In this document: one piece after another, positions 59,160-64,000 of the stretch
How the letters are laid out: each line of letters starts with the position of its first letter
How positions within the stretch are numbered: the first letter of the stretch is position 1
Source of the DNA: Elusimicrobiota bacterium
GTDB taxonomy: Bacteria > Elusimicrobiota > Elusimicrobia > F11
NCBI GenBank assembly: GCA_044221725.1
Contig: JBGAON010000002.1
Coordinates: 320,001 to 384,000 of the forward strand
DNA length: 64,000 nucleotides
Direction of reading: 5' to 3'
Made by a program: the position numbers and the translations under genes
The notes under the pieces: model-generated
Told to the model about the DNA's origin: nothing
The model's input: the letters and a program-made list of their open reading frames with translations, nothing else
Databases searched by the model: none

Positions 59160-60097
59160 AAAATGGTCGTCATTCCCGCGAAAGCGGGAATCCAGGCTTT
59201 AAGCCTGTTTTTAAAAAATTGTTTAAGACCTGTGTTCCCGCTTTCGCGGGAATAACGATGGTCTTGACTCTTTCGGGTTCGCTTTCGGCAGCGGAGCCGC
59301 TGCCGTTAAAAATTACCACGCGCGAATATCCGCACACCAAATCAATCGAAGATGGTACGGTCAAGATTCCGGAATGCCAAATCATTTACAGCACGGTGTC
59401 GACGGCACAACTCAACCGGGATCTCGACGTCGGGTCGGCCGGTGATGTGATAGAAGTGGATTTTGTTCCGTATCTGAAACGATTTTCAGCCGAAGAAAAG
59501 CACGACTGGGTGTTGGTTCCGGTGTTTTTGTGGCGTGAGTTTCCGCATCACCACGTGCGAGTGATGAAAGAAAATCATTTGGCGGTGGATATCCCGAACG
59601 AGTCGCTGTTGTTGTGGGCCACGGGAATCCTCGAGTCATCGCCCACGTTCAAGGCGCGCGAGCTATGGGACAAGACTCCTCTTTCACCTGTTTCATCGTT
59701 GCCTTTTTTGTTTCCAGATTTCCAATCTGCCGAGCAGACGTATTTCGCGCGCACGCGCATTTTCCCGATCATCTCGGCTCTCGCGGTGCGCAAAGAATTG
59801 GTGGATGCAAACGCGTGGTTGCCGGAAGCGCTCTTTATTGCGTTCTCCGAAGCGAAAGATCATGCGATCGCGGCGGGCACCGTTCCTTTGCCGTGGGGGG
59901 AAGAATTACGCGAAAAAACCATCGAGCTCATGAAAGCGAATTATTGGTCATACGGCGTAAAGAACAATCCAAAAACGCTTAATGCATTTTTTAAATACGC
60001 GCACGAGCAGGGTTATACGAAGCAGGAATTGAAAGCCGATGATGTTTTTGCTCCGGAAACTTTGCAGTTGATTGATGAAAAAGGAGCAAAGAATTGA
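59156..60097 (+). CDS. 4,5-dihydroxyphthalate decarboxylase-like, PBP-fold exported protein
   Basis: DGTVKI, PVF..R.F.H, FPI..ALAVR, PW, YWSYG...N..TL..F..Y.HEQG. Confidence 0.7.
   Translation: MKNGRHSRESGNPGFKPVFKKLFKTCVPAFAGITMVLTLSGSLSAAEPLPLKITTREYPHTKSIEDGTVKIPECQIIYSTVSTAQLNRDLDVGSAGDVIEVDFVPYLKRFSAEEKHDWVLVPVFLWREFPHHHVRVMKENHLAVDIPNESLLLWATGILESSPTFKARELWDKTPLSPVSSLPFLFPDFQSAEQTYFARTRIFPIISALAVRKELVDANAWLPEALFIAFSEAKDHAIAAGTVPLPWGEELREKTIELMKANYWSYGVKNNPKTLNAFFKYAHEQGYTKQELKADDVFAPETLQLIDEKGAKN
59168..59257. repeat. CGTC-ended palindrome with a dRS3-like core, in frame inside a CDS
   Basis: CGTCATTCCCGCGAAAGCGGGAATCCAGG ... CCTGTGTTCCCGCTTTCGCGGGAATAACG; 90 bp. Confidence 0.85.
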
Positions 60098-61434
60098 AAC
60101 GAGCAATATTTGTTGCGTTGGGGTTTCTTGTTTTACCTCTGCGTGCGGAAGTAACCATGGATCAAGTTCGAGACGAGGTGCAGCGGCAGCTTCAGACTTC
60201 GAACGCGAAAGATTCGGTTGCCACACCGCCCATAGAGAAAAAGAAAATTGATTTCTCCTCCGGCAATGGAATTTCGCTTGCCGAAGGACCCAATGGCTCA
60301 ATGAAACTAACGCTGTACATGATGATGCGTTACCTGAATCAACTTCCGGCCACTCAAACGTACCGTGACCATTTGGGCAATCAACGAAATATCGACACCG
60401 CCAATTACTTTTCGGTTCCGCATCGGGTGCTTATGAGTTTGATGGGTTTTATTTACGATCCGCGATTTAATTATCAAGTGACGTATTGGACCGTGAACGC
60501 CACAGACAAAGTGGCGATCATCGGGAATTTTTCTTGGACTTTTTCGAGAAAATTGTCGCTTTTTGCTGGGGTCGGATCCTTGCCTGGCATTCGTACGCTT
60601 ACGTACAACCATCCCTATTGGCTCGGTACCGATCGAAACATGGCCGAAGAATTTTTTCGTCCAGGATTTACGCAAGGTGTGTGGGCGACAGGCGAGGCTG
60701 CGCCGGGTGTGAATTACGATGTGATGCTCGGTAACAACCTCACGACGCTCAACGTAAATGCCACCGAAGATTCGCGCGATTTCGCTGCGAGTGGCAGCAT
60801 TTGGTGGATGCCGACCACACACGAGTTTGGACCAAAAGGTGGCAACGGAGACTTTGAAGAACATCAAAAACTTGCCACGCGGTTTGGTGTTGCGTACACC
60901 CAAGCCAATCAGAATCGTGCCACTTCAACGACCAATCAAGCGCCCGATTCCACGCAAATCCGCATGGCCGACAGTTTGCTTCCATTTGACACTGGCGCAA
61001 TCGCGCCAGGTGTCACCGTTCAGAACTTGAAATACCAGATGGGCGCCACCGATGTCGGATTTAAGTACCACGGATGGCACGTGCAAGGCGAAGGTTATTG
61101 GCGACGATTAAGTGATTTCGATGCGGATGGCGCAATTCCGTTCACGTCGGTTGTGGACACAGGATTTTTCACGCACGTGGCCAAAATGATCAAACCAAAA
61201 AAGCTTGAACTTTATTTGAGCACATCGTTTGTGTTCGCGGATAAAAAAGCCGGTTATGGCGACAGCCGTGAACTGATCGAAGGTATCAATTGGTTTATGT
61301 TTGGCCACCGCAATTGCCGAATGAACCTGCACGTGATCGAAATCGATCGTTCTCCGACGGCATCGGTGTTTGGTTACTACGTAGGCGGACAGAGAGGAAC
61401 CACGGTTTCCGCGAGTTGGTTGATTAATTTTTAA
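60094..61434 (+). CDS. Large outer-membrane porin-like protein
   Basis: Signal peptide, amphipathic strands, GINWF, C-terminal Phe. Confidence 0.72.
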   Translation: MKRAIFVALGFLVLPLRAEVTMDQVRDEVQRQLQTSNAKDSVATPPIEKKKIDFSSGNGISLAEGPNGSMKLTLYMMMRYLNQLPATQTYRDHLGNQRNIDTANYFSVPHRVLMSLMGFIYDPRFNYQVTYWTVNATDKVAIIGNFSWTFSRKLSLFAGVGSLPGIRTLTYNHPYWLGTDRNMAEEFFRPGFTQGVWATGEAAPGVNYDVMLGNNLTTLNVNATEDSRDFAASGSIWWMPTTHEFGPKGGNGDFEEHQKLATRFGVAYTQANQNRATSTTNQAPDSTQIRMADSLLPFDTGAIAPGVTVQNLKYQMGATDVGFKYHGWHVQGEGYWRRLSDFDADGAIPFTSVVDTGFFTHVAKMIKPKKLELYLSTSFVFADKKAGYGDSRELIEGINWFMFGHRNCRMNLHVIEIDRSPTASVFGYYVGGQRGTTVSASWLINF

Positions 61435-61447
61435 CAGGGGGTACTTC

Positions 61448-61677
61448 ATGATGAAAAAGTTTGCCGCGGCGGCGTTCGCGGTGTTTCTCGTAACGCCAAT
61501 GATGCATGCTGAAACGAAGATGCGTACCGAGAAGATTGGCGAACGACGCCGGGCGTGATTTGGTATCTCAATAATATTTTCCGAGCCGAAGCGAATTACG
61601 GTTACGGAACACTGGACCGTTTCGGAATTAAGGGCGGCACTCAATTCTTCCAGTGCCGACTTCAGATTTGGATTTAA
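61448..61677 (+). pseudogene. Internally deleted OprO/OprP-like porin remnant
   Basis: A 36-aa signal-peptide ORF (61448-61558) overlaps an out-of-frame barrel C-terminus WRTTPGVIWYLNNIFRAEANYGYGTLDRFGIKGGTQFFQCRLQIWI*. Confidence 0.7.
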
Positions 61678-61703
61678 ACCAAGCAATGGGGAGTCTTTAG
61701 AAT

Positions 61704-64000
61704 ATGAACAAACGCAATTCCGAAAAACGAATTCTTAGTCTAATTCTTATCAGTCTGATCGCAACAACTTCTGTCTTCCAGGGAAATCTTGCGCGTGCGG
61801 CTGAAATTGATCGCACCGTGCTTCCCATTGCCGAGCCGACGCCACCCGTGATCAAAGAGATGGACGCGCGAAAAGCGAAAGCGCCGCAACGACTTGCAGT
61901 GACAGCGCCACAAGGCGCCCCGAACGTGGTTGTTGTCCTCATCGATGATATGGGGTTCGGACATAGCAGCGCGTTTGGTGGACCCATTCATATGCCCACG
62001 CTCGAAAAATTGGCAGCGAGCGGACTTAAATACAACCGATTCCACACGACGGCGCTTTGCAGTCCCACGCGCACCGCGCTTCTCACGGGGCGCAACCATC
62101 ATGTGAATAACGCAGGCGCCATCATGGAATTGGCCACGGGTTTTCCTGGAAACACCGGCATTCGTCCGCAATCGGTAACTCCGCTCGCACAAATTCTTCG
62201 TATGAACGGTTACAGCACGGCCGCGTTCGGAAAGTATCACGAAACACCGCCGTGGGAAGTTTCGGTGTCGGGGCCTTACGATCGTTGGCCGACGGGTTCC
62301 GGCTTCGATAAGTTTTATGGATTTATTGGCGGGGAAACGAACCAATGGGCTCCCGCTATTTATGACGGCGTCGCGCGTGTCGAGCCGCCACAAACGCCCG
62401 GTTATCATTTCACGACCGACATGACGAACAAAGCCATCGAGTGGATCAGTGCGCAACAGGCGCTCACGCCGAGCAAACCTTTCTATGTCTATTTCGCGCC
62501 GGGCGCCACGCACGCGCCGCACCATGTCGCGAAAGAGTGGATTGATAAATACAAAGGTCAGTTTTCGCAGGGCTGGGATAAATTGCGCGAAGAAACGCTG
62601 GCGCGTCAAAAAAAGTTGGGTGTGGTACCCTCGGACGCGGAGTTAACGAAGCGGCCGAAGGAAATTCCGGCGTGGGACGATATGACCGCGCAGCAGAAAA
62701 AACTTTTCGAACGGCAGATGGAAACGTACGCCGGTTTTGGGGAACAGACCGATTATGAAGTCGGCCGGCTCGTTTCTCAGCTGGAGACAATGGGTGTTCT
62801 CGATAACACAATTTTCTTCTACATCGTCGGAGACAACGGAGCGAGCGCTGAAGGGGGACCCGAAGGCACCTACAACGAAATGATGGCGTTGAACGGCATC
62901 GTTGGCAAAGCCGATCAAATGATGAATCACATCGACGATTGGGGAGGGCCCACAACGTTTCCACATTTTGCGATCGGTTGGGCTTGGGCCGGCAACGCAC
63001 CATTTCAGTGGACCAAGCAGGTCGCGAGCCATTTTGGTGGCACGCGCAACGGATTGGTTTTGCATTGGCCCAAAGGTTTCAAATCAAAGAATGAAATCCG
63101 AAGTCAATTCCATCATGTGATCGATGTGGCGCCCACCGTTTTGGAAGCCGCCAAAATTCCGGAACCGGTGATGGTGAATGGGGTGAAGCAGCGACCGATG
63201 GATGGTGTTTCCATGCTTTACTCAACGGACAATCCGAGCGCAAAAGATCGCCGCACAACGCAGTATTTTGAAATGTTTGGAAACCGCGGTATTTATCACA
63301 ACGGCTGGGTCGCGTGCACGCGCCATTCGACTCCATGGGTGATGGCGCCACTTCCACCGTTAGAAAATGATGTGTGGGAGCTTTACAATGTGGATCAAGA
63401 CTTTAGCGAGGCGCACAATTTGGCAAAAGAAAATCCGGCCAAGTTGAAAGAACTGCAGGACGTGTTTGCTAAAGAAGCCATTCGTAACGACGTTTTTCCA
63501 ATCGATGATCGACGATCGGAAAGATTTAACCCGGAGATTGCGGGCCGGCCTGATCTTCTCAATGGGCGAAAGACACTTACGGTTTACGAAGGCATGACCG
63601 GAATGATGGAAAACGCGTTCATTAACGTGAAAGGCGTGCATCACACCGTTACCGCAGAAGTGGAGCTTAAAAATTCAAAAACCGATGGTGTGATCATTGC
63701 GCAAGCAGGATATTTCGGCGGCTGGACAATTTATATGAAGGCCGGAAAAGTGCATCACGAATACAACTTCTTCGCCATTGAGCGAACCAATATTTCTGGC
63801 CCCGCGGCTCTTTCGCCGGGCAAACATTCGATCGTGTACGAATTCATCCCGGAAGAAGCAAAACCCGGCACCGGAGGAAAATCAATTCTTTCTGTGGACG
63901 GAAAGAAAGTGGCGGAGGCTCGCATTCCCAAAACGCAGCCTTATGCATTTTCAGGAGATGAAGGGGCCGATGTGGGAGTTGATCTCGAAACGAATGTGTC
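61704..64000 (+). CDS. Cys-type arylsulfatase (3'-truncated by the window; absent from the ORF track)
   Basis: Translated by hand: signal peptide, PNVVVVLIDDMG, CSPTR at 62058, GKYH, GDNGASAEG, WELY; the frame is consistent to the window end. Confidence 0.93.
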   Translation, partial: MNKRNSEKRILSLILISLIATTSVFQGNLARAAEIDRTVLPIAEPTPPVIKEMDARKAKAPQRLAVTAPQGAPNVVVVLIDDMGFGHSSAFGGPIHMPTLEKLAASGLKYNRFHTTALCSPTRTALLTGRNHHVNNAGAIMELATGFPGNTGIRPQSVTPLAQILRMNGYSTAAFGKYHETPPWEVSVSGPYDRWPTGSGFDKFYGFIGGETNQWAPAIYDGVARVEPPQTPGYHFTTDMTNKAIEWISAQQALTPSKPFYVYFAPGATHAPHHVAKEWIDKYKGQFSQGWDKLREETLARQKKLGVVPSDAELTKRPKEIPAWDDMTAQQKKLFERQMETYAGFGEQTDYEVGRLVSQLETMGVLDNTIFFYIVGDNGASAEGGPEGTYNEMMALNGIVGKADQMMNHIDDWGGPTTFPHFAIGWAWAGNAPFQWTKQVASHFGGTRNGLVLHWPKGFKSKNEIRSQFHHVIDVAPTVLEAAKIPEPVMVNGVKQRPMDGVSMLYSTDNPSAKDRRTTQYFEMFGNRGIYHNGWVACTRHSTPWVMAPLPPLENDVWELYNVDQDFSEAHNLAKENPAKLKELQDVFAKEAIRNDVFPIDDRRSERFNPEIAGRPDLLNGRKTLTVYEGMTGMMENAFINVKGVHHTVTAEVELKNSKTDGVIIAQAGYFGGWTIYMKAGKVHHEYNFFAIERTNISGPAALSPGKHSIVYEFIPEEAKPGTGGKSILSVDGKKVAEARIPKTQPYAFSGDEGADVGVDLETNV

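Noticed and set aside
1..64000. CRISPR array, rRNA, transposase or integrase
   Set aside because: I saw no regularly spaced direct repeats, rRNA-like sequence or recombinase motifs; short degenerate elements could be missed by eye.

Overview
This is a gene-dense bacterial chromosome segment, mostly on the + strand. It is a diderm (LptFG, KdsD, GT9 enzymes and many outer-membrane barrels). My unverified inference is Elusimicrobiota or a related lineage, based on the style of the giant protein and the secreted fibre-like proteins. Layout: (1) 1-2.35 kb, an AT-richer cassette of phage-tail-fibre-like proteins carrying signal peptides; (2) 2.5-19.7 kb, a tightly coupled surface-glycan/LPS cluster running into metK-ahcY; (3) 19.8-29.8 kb, a TPR lipoprotein and a PorV/FadL/TraF-like barrel, lptG-lptF, and a 1799-aa SprA (T9SS translocon)-like gene; (4) 29.9-38.4 kb, housekeeping genes (comF, gap, pgk, secG, tRNA-Leu, tRNA-Gly, nadA, folE, moeB-like); (5) 38.4-46.4 kb, an NHL propeller and a 2258-aa exported multidomain protein (TIKI/TraB-like, two CPBP-like membrane modules, WD40, amidoligase-like); (6) tRNA-Cys, then a 17-kb block of almost entirely envelope proteins (barrels, DcaP porin, exported glutaminase, FGE, arylsulfatase) with palindromic repeats and a deleted porin. 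The best candidates for an undescribed system are the giant protein, the SprA-like locus and the exported fibre cassette. All family calls come from motifs recognised by eye; no searches were run.
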